From Gemmatimonadales bacterium (lineage in GTDB: Bacteria; Gemmatimonadota; Gemmatimonadetes; Gemmatimonadales; GWC2-71-9): 64,000 nucleotides of DNA. Location: contig JBFJCP010000007.1 of assembly GCA_041615815.1 (NCBI GenBank), positions 72,048 to 136,047 of the forward strand, read 5' to 3'. Positions within the stretch are counted from its first letter, which is position 1. Each line of letters starts with the position of its first letter. Of the stretch, positions 43,068 to 53,305 are shown one piece after another. The notes under the pieces were generated by a model that did not search any database, was not told where the DNA came from, and was given only the letters and a program-made list of their open reading frames with translations. Position numbers and translations under genes: made by a program.

Positions 43068-45758
43068 TCACGGCTTTACCTTTGCCTTCAGCTCCTCGAG
43101 CCAGTTCTCGACCACAATCATCGCACCGAGTGGCGATCCCTCCTCCGCGCCCACGCTTCGCACCATGAGAAACCGTTGGTCGTCCGACGTCAGGTCGAAT
43201 GACGTGTAGTTTGATGATAGGGTATACTCGGCTCCAACGCGAAACAGCACACGCCGCTCCCCCACGCGAAAGTCACGCGTCGTGACGACCTCAGCCACCG
43301 TCATCTCGTCGCTCGCGCTCACGTAGAACAGTTCCTGGCCGCTGTGGGCCCACAGCGGTGCGCGGCCACCACCGGTCGAGACCTGCCACTTGCCGTCGCT
43401 CGTGTTGGGAAACGGCCGCACGTACACCTCGTCCCGACCGGTCTCGCTCGACTCGTACGCCATCCACTTCCCGTTCGGCGAGAGCGCGATCGCCTTCTCG
43501 TCGAACTCCGACGCCACGAGGGGCACGGGCACGCTGTCTACGCCGGGGCGGATGCCCACGATGTCGCGGGCGCCCCGCACTTGGCCCGCCACGCCGCCAG
43601 TTCGCAAGACGAGCCAGGTCCCATCGGGTGACCACACCCCTTCCCAGATCGGCTGGTCCAATTCGAGCACTAACTCCACTGCCCCGGTGCCATCTGCCCG
43701 CTTCACATACAACTCGCCATTTCCCGACCTCGGAGAGCGGAAGCTCACCGAACGGCCGTCGGGTGTCCACCGCGGTCGCACATCGGCCGCCTCATCGAAA
43801 GTGAGGCGGGAAAGCGGACCCCGTTCCAACTGCTTGATCCAGATGTCGTCACCGGTCTCACCGGAGATCTTGATGGCTAACCGGGTATCGTCCGAAGAGA
43901 GGGCCCACCCCGCGTTACCGGCGGCCGTGAACGTCCAACCAGGATCGATGGGGGTGGCCGTTCCGTCCCGATCCACCCAGACGGCTTCCGACACTCCACC
44001 GCCGCCACCTTCGCCCTCCATGAACAACAGGGTTCCCGATTTCGAAATCACCACATCGGGCACGCTTCCCTGGTCGACTTTCACGCCGTCCAATACGGGC
44101 ACCGGCGCCCCGCGCATTTCCAGAGACCCCATGTCGAACGGCACGGCGAACATTCCACCGTCAGCCCGGACATACACGACGTGGCCGGTGGCCACGTACC
44201 AGGCTTGGGCTACATCCGGCATCAGCATGCGTGCCTCGCCGGACCGGAGATCCACCACCCAACTCTCCTGGGCGGTGTTACAGCCGGCGGTACAGGCAGT
44301 GAACAACACACCGCGGGCTCCCGGCAGTCCCACCGGAAGCGTCAGGAAGCGTCCTTCGACCGACGCGACGGCCTCCATGGGGCCACCGACGCCGGGCACA
44401 CGACTCAAGCGCCATCCGTTGTCGACGAACACGATGGTATCGTCGTCCAGCCACGAAGCGGAGCGAACGGTCATTTGCACCGAATCGGTGAGCGTAATTG
44501 CGGATCCCCCACCCAGGGGGACCTTTTTGAGCTCTCCATCGACGATGAAGGCAATCCACTCTCCGTCGGGTGAGACCACGGGACTTCGCGCTCCAGCGGT
44601 GCCGGCCAGCGGAATTGCCCGATATTGGTCCCGACGTTTCAGCCAGAGTTGCTCGCTTTCGTCACCCGGGCCCACATAGACGATCCACGAGGCGTCGGGC
44701 GCGAGCGCGAAGGCGGGATGCACGCCGTCGACGAACGCCTGATCGGCTGGAAACAGGAGTCCATAGCGCGCCACGGTGGGCGGTGGATCGGGACGCAGCC
44801 ACCCCCAGAGCGCGAGCATCGCGAGGAGCGCCGCCGCCGCCGGCCACGCGTAGCGCTTGCCCACCACAACCGGGGCGGCTATCGATGGCGATACCACCGC
44901 TCCCGCCACCGTCGAGAGCGTGAAGGCCGGATTCGTGAGTGCTTCGGCAAACTGCGCTGCGCTGGCAAACCGATCGGCCGGCAGCTTGGAGAGCGCCGTG
45001 GTGATCGTGGCAGCGACATGGGGTGGCACCGTGTCGCGATGGGTGGTGACGGGCGGCGCCTTTTCCGTGATCACCTTGGCCACGATGGCTTGGGCGGTGG
45101 AGCCGGTATACGGCGGGTCGCCGGCCAACATCTCGTAGAGCATGGCACCCAAGGAGTAGACATCGCTTCGGGCATCGAGTTCCCGATCACCCATGGCCTG
45201 TTCGGGACTCATGTAGTGCGGCGTGCCGATTGATAAACCCGTCTCCGTGAGGCGGGCGCCACCGGCATGGGAGACGGCCAGCGCGATCCCGAAGTCCGCC
45301 ACCATCGCCTGCCCGTCCAGCATCAGGATGTTCTCGGGCTTGATGTCGCGGTGAATCACCTCGTGCCGGTGGGCATAGTCGAGGGCGGCCGCGATCGCTT
45401 TCGCAATGTCCAAGGCCTCGTCGATCCCGAGCTGTTTCTCACGAACGAGCCTGGCGCGGAGGGTTTCCCCCTCCACGTAGGGCATCACGTAATAGAGAAA
45501 CCCGTCCGCGTCGCCCGAGTCGTGGAGTGGAAGGATATGGGGATGCTGGAGGTTGGCCGTGACCTTGATCTCGTTCAAGAACCGTTCCGATCCGATCACG
45601 GCTGCGAGCTCGGGACGCAACACCTTCAGTGCGACCTTGCGATCGTGCTTCACGTCTTCGGCAAGGAACACCGTGGCCATTCCACCCTCGCCCAGTTGCC
45701 GCTCGATGCGGTATCGATCGGCGAGGGCCGTGGTCAATCGGCCCGTGAGATCCTTCAT
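43068..45758 (-). CDS. Ser/Thr protein kinase with TM and TolB-like (PD40) beta-propeller
   Basis: LGEGGMATV, VALKVL, HRDIKPEN, DFG, GTPHYMSPEQ; repeated SPDG/TPDG blades. Confidence 0.93.
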   Translation of the reverse strand: MKDLTGRLTTALADRYRIERQLGEGGMATVFLAEDVKHDRKVALKVLRPELAAVIGSERFLNEIKVTANLQHPHILPLHDSGDADGFLYYVMPYVEGETLRARLVREKQLGIDEALDIAKAIAAALDYAHRHEVIHRDIKPENILMLDGQAMVADFGIALAVSHAGGARLTETGLSIGTPHYMSPEQAMGDRELDARSDVYSLGAMLYEMLAGDPPYTGSTAQAIVAKVITEKAPPVTTHRDTVPPHVAATITTALSKLPADRFASAAQFAEALTNPAFTLSTVAGAVVSPSIAAPVVVGKRYAWPAAAALLAMLALWGWLRPDPPPTVARYGLLFPADQAFVDGVHPAFALAPDASWIVYVGPGDESEQLWLKRRDQYRAIPLAGTAGARSPVVSPDGEWIAFIVDGELKKVPLGGGSAITLTDSVQMTVRSASWLDDDTIVFVDNGWRLSRVPGVGGPMEAVASVEGRFLTLPVGLPGARGVLFTACTAGCNTAQESWVVDLRSGEARMLMPDVAQAWYVATGHVVYVRADGGMFAVPFDMGSLEMRGAPVPVLDGVKVDQGSVPDVVISKSGTLLFMEGEGGGGGVSEAVWVDRDGTATPIDPGWTFTAAGNAGWALSSDDTRLAIKISGETGDDIWIKQLERGPLSRLTFDEAADVRPRWTPDGRSVSFRSPRSGNGELYVKRADGTGAVELVLELDQPIWEGVWSPDGTWLVLRTGGVAGQVRGARDIVGIRPGVDSVPVPLVASEFDEKAIALSPNGKWMAYESSETGRDEVYVRPFPNTSDGKWQVSTGGGRAPLWAHSGQELFYVSASDEMTVAEVVTTRDFRVGERRVLFRVGAEYTLSSNYTSFDLTSDDQRFLMVRSVGAEEGSPLGAMIVVENWLEELKAKVKP

Positions 45759-45999
45759 AGGTTTAAGATGGGGCGGGTAGGAGTGAGGGGCTAGGGGTTC
45801 GGGGTTAGGGTTGCGGCATTCACGAGGACCCGCGTGATCGTGCTGGACGTCCTGCAGGTGCCAGTCGGGTGCGAGCGCATACGCTTGACGGTCCACTTGC
45901 CGTGACCTTTCCTGCAGGCTAACTCACGTCATCGGTTTCCCCAGGCTTCTCCGTCTTGCCCTGGGGCGGACTTCACGCCAGCACCGTTCGGAGCTTCTC

Positions 46000-48900
46000 A
46001 TGTTGCGACTGTCCCGAGTCTCCCCAGCGCCCATGCTGGGGATCGCGCTGCTCACGTTCCTCTCGCTACCACCGTCTGCACACGCGCAACAGATCGATCA
46101 GGACCAGATCGACCAACTCGAGTTCCGCCACATCGGTCCCGTCGGGAACCGTGTGTCCTCGGTTGCAGGAACATCGACCGACCCGCTCACCTACTTTGCC
46201 GGCGCGGCATCGGGTGGGATTTGGAAAACCGAAGACGGCGGTGTGAATTGGAAGCCGGTGTTCGACGATCAGCCGGTGCATTCCATTGGTGCGTTGGCCG
46301 TTGCTCCATCGGACGCCAACGTCGTGTGGGCGGGAACGGGCGAGACGTTCATCCGATCCAACGTGTCCATCGGGAACGGCGTGTGGAAGTCCACCGACGG
46401 TGGAGGGTCCTGGACGCACATGGGTCTCGAGGGAACGGGAAGAATTGGACGCATCGTCATCCATCCGACGAACCCCGAGGTCGTCTATGCCGCCGTCCTC
46501 GGACACGGGTACAGCCCACAGTCGAATCGCGGCGTCTATCGTAGCACCGATGGGGGCAGGAACTGGCAACAGGTGCTGTTCGTGAACGACTCCACGGGGG
46601 CTTCCGATCTCGTCATGGATCCCAACAATCCCCGGATTCTCTTTGCCGGCATGTGGCAGTTTCACCTCAAGACGTGGACGCGAGAGAGCGGCGGCGCTGG
46701 CAGTGGCCTCTATATGTCCAGAGATGGCGGCGACACGTGGAAGCGACTCGAGGCCCATGGCCTGCCCACCAAGCCCGTGGGAAAAATCGCTCTCTGCATG
46801 ACGCCCAAGAGCTCGAGCCGTGTGTATGCGCTCATCGAGACAGGCGATGGCGTTCCATGGCACGGCCAGGAAACCGAAAGCGGCGAACTGTGGCGCTCGG
46901 AGGACGGGGGTACGAACTGGAAGGTCGTGAGCCACAACCGCAACCTCGCGGGACGCAGTGCCTATTACTCCCGCTGCGCCGTCGCGCCCGACGACGCGGA
47001 CGAGGTGTACTTCCTCTCCGCGTCCTTCGCCGTCACCACGGACGGCGGTGACAGCGCCAAGACCGCCAACTTCTTCAATCCCACGGGCGTGTCCGCGCCG
47101 GGGTGGGACCATCACGACATGTGGATCGATCCCGGCAACGCGAATCGCATGATCGTCGGGCATGATGGCGGCGTCTCGGTCTCCCAGAATCGGGGGAAGA
47201 CGTGGTTCCGCATCCAGCTCCCAATTGCGCAGATGTATCACGTGACGGTGGACAACAACATCCCTTACTACGTTTACGGCAATCGCCAGGACGGGCCATC
47301 GCTACGTGGCCCGAGCCGGAGCCGACTTGGCGGGTTTTTTTCGCAAGGCATCCCACGGGGTATGTGGCACTCGTTGGGCGGCGGTGAGAGCGGATTTGCC
47401 ACGCCGGATCCCGAGGATCCCGACATCATCTGGTCCAGCGCATCGGGATGGGGAGCCCTTGGTGGCGTGGTGGTGCGCTACAACGAACGCACGCGGCAGT
47501 TTCGTCAGGTGGAGGTGTGGCCGCTCATGACCGCTGGCTGGCCGGCGAAAGACGTGCGGTATCGCTTCCAGTGGACGTTCCCGCTGCTCATCTCACCGCA
47601 TGATCACAACACGGTGTACGTGACGAGTCAACACGTGCACCGCACCACCAATGGCGGTCAAACGTGGGAGGTGATCAGCCCCGATCTCTCGACGAACGAC
47701 ACCACCAAGCAGGGGATCTCCGGAGGTCTCACGCCGGACAACCTCGGCGTGGAGTACTGCTGTGTGATCTATGCGTTTGATGAATCGCCGGTGGAACGTG
47801 GCGTGCTCTGGGCCGGCACGAGCGATGGACTCGTGCACGTGAGCCGGGATAACGGCACCACGTGGACCAACGTGACTCGCAACATCCGCGGTCTTCCGGC
47901 ATGGGGGACCGTGCGGAATATCGACGCTTCGAAGTGGGATGCCGGCAAGGCCTATCTCACGGTGGATTTTCACGAGGTGGGGAACTTCGCACCCTACGTT
48001 TATAAGACGCAGGATTATGGGCGAAGCTGGACCAAGATCACGAGTGGCATTGCCGAGGGCCCGCTCAGCTACGCTCGCAACATCCGCGAAGATCCGGTGC
48101 GGCAGGGACTCCTCTATCTTGGTACCGAGAATGCGCTCTATGTCTCGTTTGACGATGGCGCCAGGTGGCAGTCGCTCAAGACCAATCTGCCGCCCGCGCC
48201 CGTGTACTGGATCGCCGTTCAGGAGCACTTCAACGATCTCGTAATCGGGACGTATGGCCGTGGGTTCTGGATCCTGGATGACGTCACACCGCTGCAGCAA
48301 CTCACCCCAAATGTTACCGCGTCCCAGGCGCACTTGTTCGAACCGCGCCCCGCATATCGGTTCCGGCCCATCACCGCGCCCATGACCATGTTCGACGATC
48401 CATCGGACGGGGACGATCCGGAAGACGGCGCGTCCATCAACTACTGGTTGGCCACCGAGCCCGGCGAGGTAAAGGTGCGAATCCGCGATGCCCGGGGCGA
48501 TACCGTGCGGATGCTCGACGGCACCAAGGAAGTCGGGATCAACCGCGTGTGGTGGGACTTCCGCGGCGAGGAATCCACCGAGATCAAGCTGCGGACCAAA
48601 CCGCTCTACGCCGACTGGATGAGCCTGGGCGAGGATCGTTGGCGTGAGGTCCCCGAAGAAAACAATCGGATATCGGTCTTGATGCCCCCGGGCGATTACA
48701 CGGTGACGCTCGTGGTGGACAGCCAGGAGGTGGGAACCCAGCAGTTGGAAGTTCGCAAGGATCCACATTCCGAAGGCACCATCGCGGACATCCAGGCGCA
48801 GACCGCGATGGCTGAAGACCTATGGACCGACATGAACGAGGCGGCGAAGATGGTGAACACCATCGAGTGGACCCGCCGGCAGCTCTCGGATTTCGAAGCC

Positions 48901-49257
48901 GTCTTGAAAGATCAGGATGCAGAAGCTGAGGTGCTCACCGCCCTCGACTCGCTCCACCAAAAGTTCATCGGGGTGGAGGAGCACCTCTTGCAGCTCCGTT
49001 TCACCGGCACGGGGCAGGATGACGTGCGATGGCCGATCAAGTTGGTGGGGCAGCTTGGATACCTGGCGGGTGAGGTCCAAACCGCTGACTTTGCACCGGC
49101 GGATCAACATCGCGAGGCTCATCAAGTCTTGAAAGACGACTTGCGCCGTACCCGGGACGCGCTCGACGCGATCATGCGGCTGGACCTCCCAGCCTTCAAT
49201 CAGATGCTACAGGAACGCAACCTGGCTCCGGTGATCGCCGCGGGAAGTCAGAAGTAG
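46000..49257 (+). CDS. VPS10/BNR-repeat sialidase-like glycosyl hydrolase
   Basis: Signal peptide; FRHIGP..NR; many S/T-x-D-G-G-x-x-W Asp-boxes. Confidence 0.88.
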   Translation: MLRLSRVSPAPMLGIALLTFLSLPPSAHAQQIDQDQIDQLEFRHIGPVGNRVSSVAGTSTDPLTYFAGAASGGIWKTEDGGVNWKPVFDDQPVHSIGALAVAPSDANVVWAGTGETFIRSNVSIGNGVWKSTDGGGSWTHMGLEGTGRIGRIVIHPTNPEVVYAAVLGHGYSPQSNRGVYRSTDGGRNWQQVLFVNDSTGASDLVMDPNNPRILFAGMWQFHLKTWTRESGGAGSGLYMSRDGGDTWKRLEAHGLPTKPVGKIALCMTPKSSSRVYALIETGDGVPWHGQETESGELWRSEDGGTNWKVVSHNRNLAGRSAYYSRCAVAPDDADEVYFLSASFAVTTDGGDSAKTANFFNPTGVSAPGWDHHDMWIDPGNANRMIVGHDGGVSVSQNRGKTWFRIQLPIAQMYHVTVDNNIPYYVYGNRQDGPSLRGPSRSRLGGFFSQGIPRGMWHSLGGGESGFATPDPEDPDIIWSSASGWGALGGVVVRYNERTRQFRQVEVWPLMTAGWPAKDVRYRFQWTFPLLISPHDHNTVYVTSQHVHRTTNGGQTWEVISPDLSTNDTTKQGISGGLTPDNLGVEYCCVIYAFDESPVERGVLWAGTSDGLVHVSRDNGTTWTNVTRNIRGLPAWGTVRNIDASKWDAGKAYLTVDFHEVGNFAPYVYKTQDYGRSWTKITSGIAEGPLSYARNIREDPVRQGLLYLGTENALYVSFDDGARWQSLKTNLPPAPVYWIAVQEHFNDLVIGTYGRGFWILDDVTPLQQLTPNVTASQAHLFEPRPAYRFRPITAPMTMFDDPSDGDDPEDGASINYWLATEPGEVKVRIRDARGDTVRMLDGTKEVGINRVWWDFRGEESTEIKLRTKPLYADWMSLGEDRWREVPEENNRISVLMPPGDYTVTLVVDSQEVGTQQLEVRKDPHSEGTIADIQAQTAMAEDLWTDMNEAAKMVNTIEWTRRQLSDFEAVLKDQDAEAEVLTALDSLHQKFIGVEEHLLQLRFTGTGQDDVRWPIKLVGQLGYLAGEVQTADFAPADQHREAHQVLKDDLRRTRDALDAIMRLDLPAFNQMLQERNLAPVIAAGSQK

Positions 49258-49423
49258 AATTAGTGGCCTAGCGAGCGGCGGGCGGGGGGTGACCCGCCGC
49301 CTCCATGTCGGTCTCGTACGTCGACCGCTCGGTAGCCCGCGATGTGGCATATACCGAAAGGGCCATGCCCCCTAGCCCTGACCCTGAACGCCTAGCACCG
49401 AACACCTAACGCCTAGCACCTCG

Positions 49424-49867
49424 ATGTACCAACGCGACTACATCCTCCGCATGATCGAGCAGGTCGGTGCCGTGCTCGTGGCACTGCGCGAACGGATTCT
49501 CAAGCGCGTCGCGCAGCGTGGCCAGGTGGAGGAGGAGCTCAGGCAGACACTCCAGGGCGTGGGATTCGATCTGGATTTGGCCCGCCTCGCAGACCCCGAA
49601 TCGCTCGAGCGTCTGGTGGCGCCGACCGGCGAGCTCGATACCACTCGGGGATGGATGGTAGCCGAAGCGCTGTATCTGCAGGGTCTCGAATGCCAGCTCA
49701 GCGATCACGCGCACGACGCACGCAACTACTTCGAGAAGGCGCTTCGTCTCTATCGCCTCTTCGATCCTCGCAACCCCATTCCCACCGGGTTTCCCGAAGC
49801 GGCAGAACGCGTTCAAGAACTCGAGGAGCGCCTGGCCGGACTGACGGACATCGGCACTGTCGAATGA
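49424..49867 (+). CDS. Hypothetical helical protein (DUF6483-like N-terminus)
   Basis: MYQRDYILRMIEQ start motif; TPR-like tail. Confidence 0.65.
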   Translation: MYQRDYILRMIEQVGAVLVALRERILKRVAQRGQVEEELRQTLQGVGFDLDLARLADPESLERLVAPTGELDTTRGWMVAEALYLQGLECQLSDHAHDARNYFEKALRLYRLFDPRNPIPTGFPEAAERVQELEERLAGLTDIGTVE

Positions 49868-50060
49868 CGTTCCCACCCCGCCACGCCGTTGCGACGTGCA
49901 GGCAACAGTCTCCTTGGCGTCAGTGACCCCTATCACAAAAGTGCTGTTGAATACTTCGCACGATCGAAAAGGTCACCCTCCGCGGCATTTGTGACCAACT
50001 CCATGACCGAGCACTGGTTATCGCATCATCGCTCATGACGTCCCGCTCGAGCAACAGATG

Positions 50061-50076
50061 TGGTACGGAAACTGCT
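50061..50076 (+). promoter_or_regulatory. Sigma-54 -24/-12 promoter upstream of the activator gene
   Basis: TGGTACGGAAACTGCT (GG-N10-GC). Confidence 0.65.
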
Positions 50077-50167
50077 CCCTAAGGCACCGTTGAGACACAA
50101 GGCGGTCATGTTAACGCTCTTCGAGTACGGACGTTACGACCGCCGGAACACGTGACCAGGAGCACCA

Positions 50168-51556
50168 GTGACTGAACCGACGATTCTCGTTGTGCAATTG
50201 TCCGAGGCGTTCAGCGGGTTCTGGCAGGACCTGGCGGCGGACCTCGGGGCGTCGGTGCAGTTATTAGAAATAGACGATACCCTTCAGGTGGCGCGGGAAG
50301 CCGCGGCATTGATCCTCGCAGCCGGCGGAACCGAGCGCGAAGCGGTGGATTGGTTGGACACGAAAGACGTGCCGGCTCATGTCCCCATCGTGGCTGTTGG
50401 AGCGGATCCTGGGCGCCGTATCACGGCGCAACTGGTGGGCCGTGGTGCCAAGGACTACTTCGCGCTTCCCAACGATGTCGAGCTGCTGCGAAACTCTCTC
50501 GCGACGATTATCTATCAGAGTAGACAGACAGCACAGATGGCGGCGCGGACAACGGATCTTGCCCGCGCCGATGCTTTTGCTGACATCGTGGGCGAGAGTC
50601 CGGCGCTCAAAGCCGTCTTGAACCGCGCCGCACGATTGCTCCCGCACACGAATGCGTCGGCCTTGGTACTGGGAGAGACGGGCACGGGGAAGGAACTGTT
50701 GGCCCGGGCATTACATGCCGGCGGGCCTCGTCGCAACGAGCCCTTTGTGGCCGTGAACTGTTCGGCACTCCCCGAGAACCTCGTTGAATCCGAGTTCTTC
50801 GGACACGAGAAGGGCTCGTTCACAAATGCGCACGCCGCCAAGCCAGGGTTGTTCGAGGTGGCGGACGGCGGAACGCTCTTTCTCGATGAAGTGGGCGAGC
50901 TCCCACTGGAACTCCAGGCCAAGCTGTTGCGTGTCTTGGATGACCAGCGGGTCCGCCGCGTCGGGGGCACGAAGTCTCGGAAGGTGGACGTGCGCATCCT
51001 CGCAGCCACCAACAACAATCTCGAGGCGGCGGTGAAGCGCGGCACGTTCCGTCAGGACCTGTTCTTCCGGTTGAGTGTCGTGACGCTCCACCTGCCGCCC
51101 CTGCGACAACGCGGTGAAGACGTGATTCAAATTGCCAACGCGCTGATCGAGACGTTGGCGAAACGCCACGGCATTCCCGCGCCGACGCTCCCCCGATCCG
51201 TTCACAAGGACCTACTCGCTGCGCGTTGGCCGGGCAACGTCCGCCAACTCAAGAATGCCGTCGAACGTGCGTTATTGCTCGCTCCACCGGGTGAGCTGTG
51301 CGTCGAAGAGCTGCTCGCGGAATCCACCCCAGAGTTACCTACCACGCCGTCGGCGCAACCACTCGCCTTGCCCGCGTCCCTGGACGACATCATGCAGGCT
51401 GCCGCCCGTGCCACACTCGAATTCTGCGAGGGCAACCGGTCAGAAGCAGCTCGGCGGTTGGGCATCTCACGGCGGCGGCTCCGGCGTCTCCTCAACGAAG
51501 GTGCCGACAGCGACGAAGAACTCACAGAGCTCACCTCAATTGGTGTGTCGGCGTAG
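50168..51556 (+). CDS. Sigma-54-dependent enhancer-binding protein with pseudo-receiver domain
   Basis: GETGTGKE, VNCSA, ESEFFGHEKGSFTNA, LFLDE, WPGNVRQL, Fis-type HTH GNRSEAARRLGIS. Confidence 0.93.
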   Translation: MTEPTILVVQLSEAFSGFWQDLAADLGASVQLLEIDDTLQVAREAAALILAAGGTEREAVDWLDTKDVPAHVPIVAVGADPGRRITAQLVGRGAKDYFALPNDVELLRNSLATIIYQSRQTAQMAARTTDLARADAFADIVGESPALKAVLNRAARLLPHTNASALVLGETGTGKELLARALHAGGPRRNEPFVAVNCSALPENLVESEFFGHEKGSFTNAHAAKPGLFEVADGGTLFLDEVGELPLELQAKLLRVLDDQRVRRVGGTKSRKVDVRILAATNNNLEAAVKRGTFRQDLFFRLSVVTLHLPPLRQRGEDVIQIANALIETLAKRHGIPAPTLPRSVHKDLLAARWPGNVRQLKNAVERALLLAPPGELCVEELLAESTPELPTTPSAQPLALPASLDDIMQAAARATLEFCEGNRSEAARRLGISRRRLRRLLNEGADSDEELTELTSIGVSA

Positions 51557-51813
51557 CCTCCAACTGCACTGCCACCCCTCGCCCTCGATCTCACTCACAC
51601 AACTAGCTGCCCGCCCGCGATCCCACCGGCGGTCGTTCCTTGCACGATTTCGGTGATCTGACGCCCCGCTGGAGGGGCGGCGTCGCGTCACCCATTGGAC
51701 GTGATTCGAGCGGTGGTCCCAAGCGTCCCGCCTGGGGCAAAACGACCCAATTGGTCATACCTCACAAAGCCCGTAAGTAGCTACACAATAATAGGTTAAT
51801 CGACTCGGCGGCC

Positions 51814-51829
51814 TGGAACGGCTCGTGCT
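51814..51829 (+). promoter_or_regulatory. Sigma-54 -24/-12 promoter of the lipoprotein operon
   Basis: TGGAACGGCTCGTGCT, AT-rich tract upstream. Confidence 0.65.
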
Positions 51830-51875
51830 CCAAAAAGGCCGAACACACGACCCCGCTCGGGAGGGAAACGGGCAC

Positions 51876-52565
51876 ATGCCAAAGCTTCGCCAGTTCCTCG
51901 CTGCTCTTGGAATGACGTTACTCGTCGCCGCGTGCGCCGACAGCACGGCGCCGGTCTCCGAGAGTCCGTTGTTCGCGAAGGGAGGCAACCGCGTCTCGCT
52001 GGAACCCACCGTTCTTGGAGAGGACGTCCTTCCCGAATCCGACCTCGGTGACGTGGTGGACGGTGCGGGGAATGTCTTCACCCTGGTCGTCCCCGAAGGC
52101 ACGATCGCGCAAGCGCCCCTTGCACCGGAACTCCAGAGCTATCACCACGAGTTCCAAGTCGAGCAGGGCAAGCGAGCCAGCTATGCGGTCCTGTACACGA
52201 CGCTCGACGTCTTCATGGACATCGACGTACCCGCGAGCGCGCAGCTGGTGGATGACAACGGTCGGAGACTCAAACGCGGCGAGCGGGTCACCGTACACAT
52301 CGACATCGACCCCGTCTCGTTCGCCGTTCGGTTTCTCCCGCATGGGATCACGTTCCCGCAGAAGCCTGCTGATCTGACGTTCGGGCTGACGTTTGCGGAT
52401 TGGTCCGACCATCCGATCCGGGACGCCAACGATCTCACAATGTGGTATCAGCCGGTGACCGGCACCGACTGGACTGAGTTGGACAACGCCGTTGAGTTCG
52501 AGTTTCTCGGGCTCTGGGCCCATACGACGCTCGATCATTTCTCGAACTATGCCATCGCGTGGTGA
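51876..52565 (+). CDS. ZU5-like lipoprotein 1 (ends HFSNYAIAW)
   Basis: Lipobox VAAC; FLPHGITF..P.DL; terminal HFS motif. Confidence 0.8.
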   Translation: MPKLRQFLAALGMTLLVAACADSTAPVSESPLFAKGGNRVSLEPTVLGEDVLPESDLGDVVDGAGNVFTLVVPEGTIAQAPLAPELQSYHHEFQVEQGKRASYAVLYTTLDVFMDIDVPASAQLVDDNGRRLKRGERVTVHIDIDPVSFAVRFLPHGITFPQKPADLTFGLTFADWSDHPIRDANDLTMWYQPVTGTDWTELDNAVEFEFLGLWAHTTLDHFSNYAIAW

Positions 52566-52608
52566 GGCCATGAGGCCGATGACGCGCGTGACTCGAAAGG
52601 AACAGACG

Positions 52609-53301
52609 ATGTCGAAGGGTTTGCTACGGATTAGCCTGTTGGCGGGTGCGCTCGTCCTGGGCTGTGCCGAGGGGACTGCACCGGTGGCTGAGCTGCCGCA
52701 GGAACCCGAGAACGCACTGCACTTCTTGAGCTGGGATCCGGCCAACGGTCCGGTGGACTTCGCTGCTTTCGGCGCGACCCCCTACGGACCAATCGATTTT
52801 GTGGACCAGCCGCTCCGCGCCGTGGGAGACTCCGTTCTCGTCGACAGCTACGCGGTGAGCTTCTGGGCTGTCCGCGGCGAGCAGCGGTTCATCCAAATCA
52901 ACTACATCGATTCGCTGGGTGCGGTCGAGTCGCCGTACGTGCGCTTCGACGTCAGCGATCCCGTACAGCGACCGAACGGGAGCGGCATTGCCGTGGGTGA
53001 TTCGGTGCTCATCACGGTCTCAGTGGATCCCACCGACATCGTGGTGCGCTTTGAACCGTCGGGATTGCAGTTCGGTAACGCTTCCGAGCTCCAGATGTGG
53101 TACGGCGGAGCCAGCGACGACCTGAACGGCGACGGATCGGTCGACAGCACCGATGCCGATATCCAGCAAAACCAACTGGGAATGTGGTGGCAGGAACAGC
53201 CTATCGATCCCTGGGATTCCATCATCGCCGACCACTCAATCGAGCTGGAATGGTTCCGCGCCTGGCTCGAGCACTTTTCCGGCTACGCAGTCTCCTGGTA
53301 G
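52609..53301 (+). CDS. ZU5-like lipoprotein 2 (ends HFSGYAVSW)
   Basis: Lipobox VLGC; FEPSGLQF; DLNGDGSVDSTD loop. Confidence 0.8.
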   Translation: MSKGLLRISLLAGALVLGCAEGTAPVAELPQEPENALHFLSWDPANGPVDFAAFGATPYGPIDFVDQPLRAVGDSVLVDSYAVSFWAVRGEQRFIQINYIDSLGAVESPYVRFDVSDPVQRPNGSGIAVGDSVLITVSVDPTDIVVRFEPSGLQFGNASELQMWYGGASDDLNGDGSVDSTDADIQQNQLGMWWQEQPIDPWDSIIADHSIELEWFRAWLEHFSGYAVSW

Positions 53302-53305
53302 TCGT

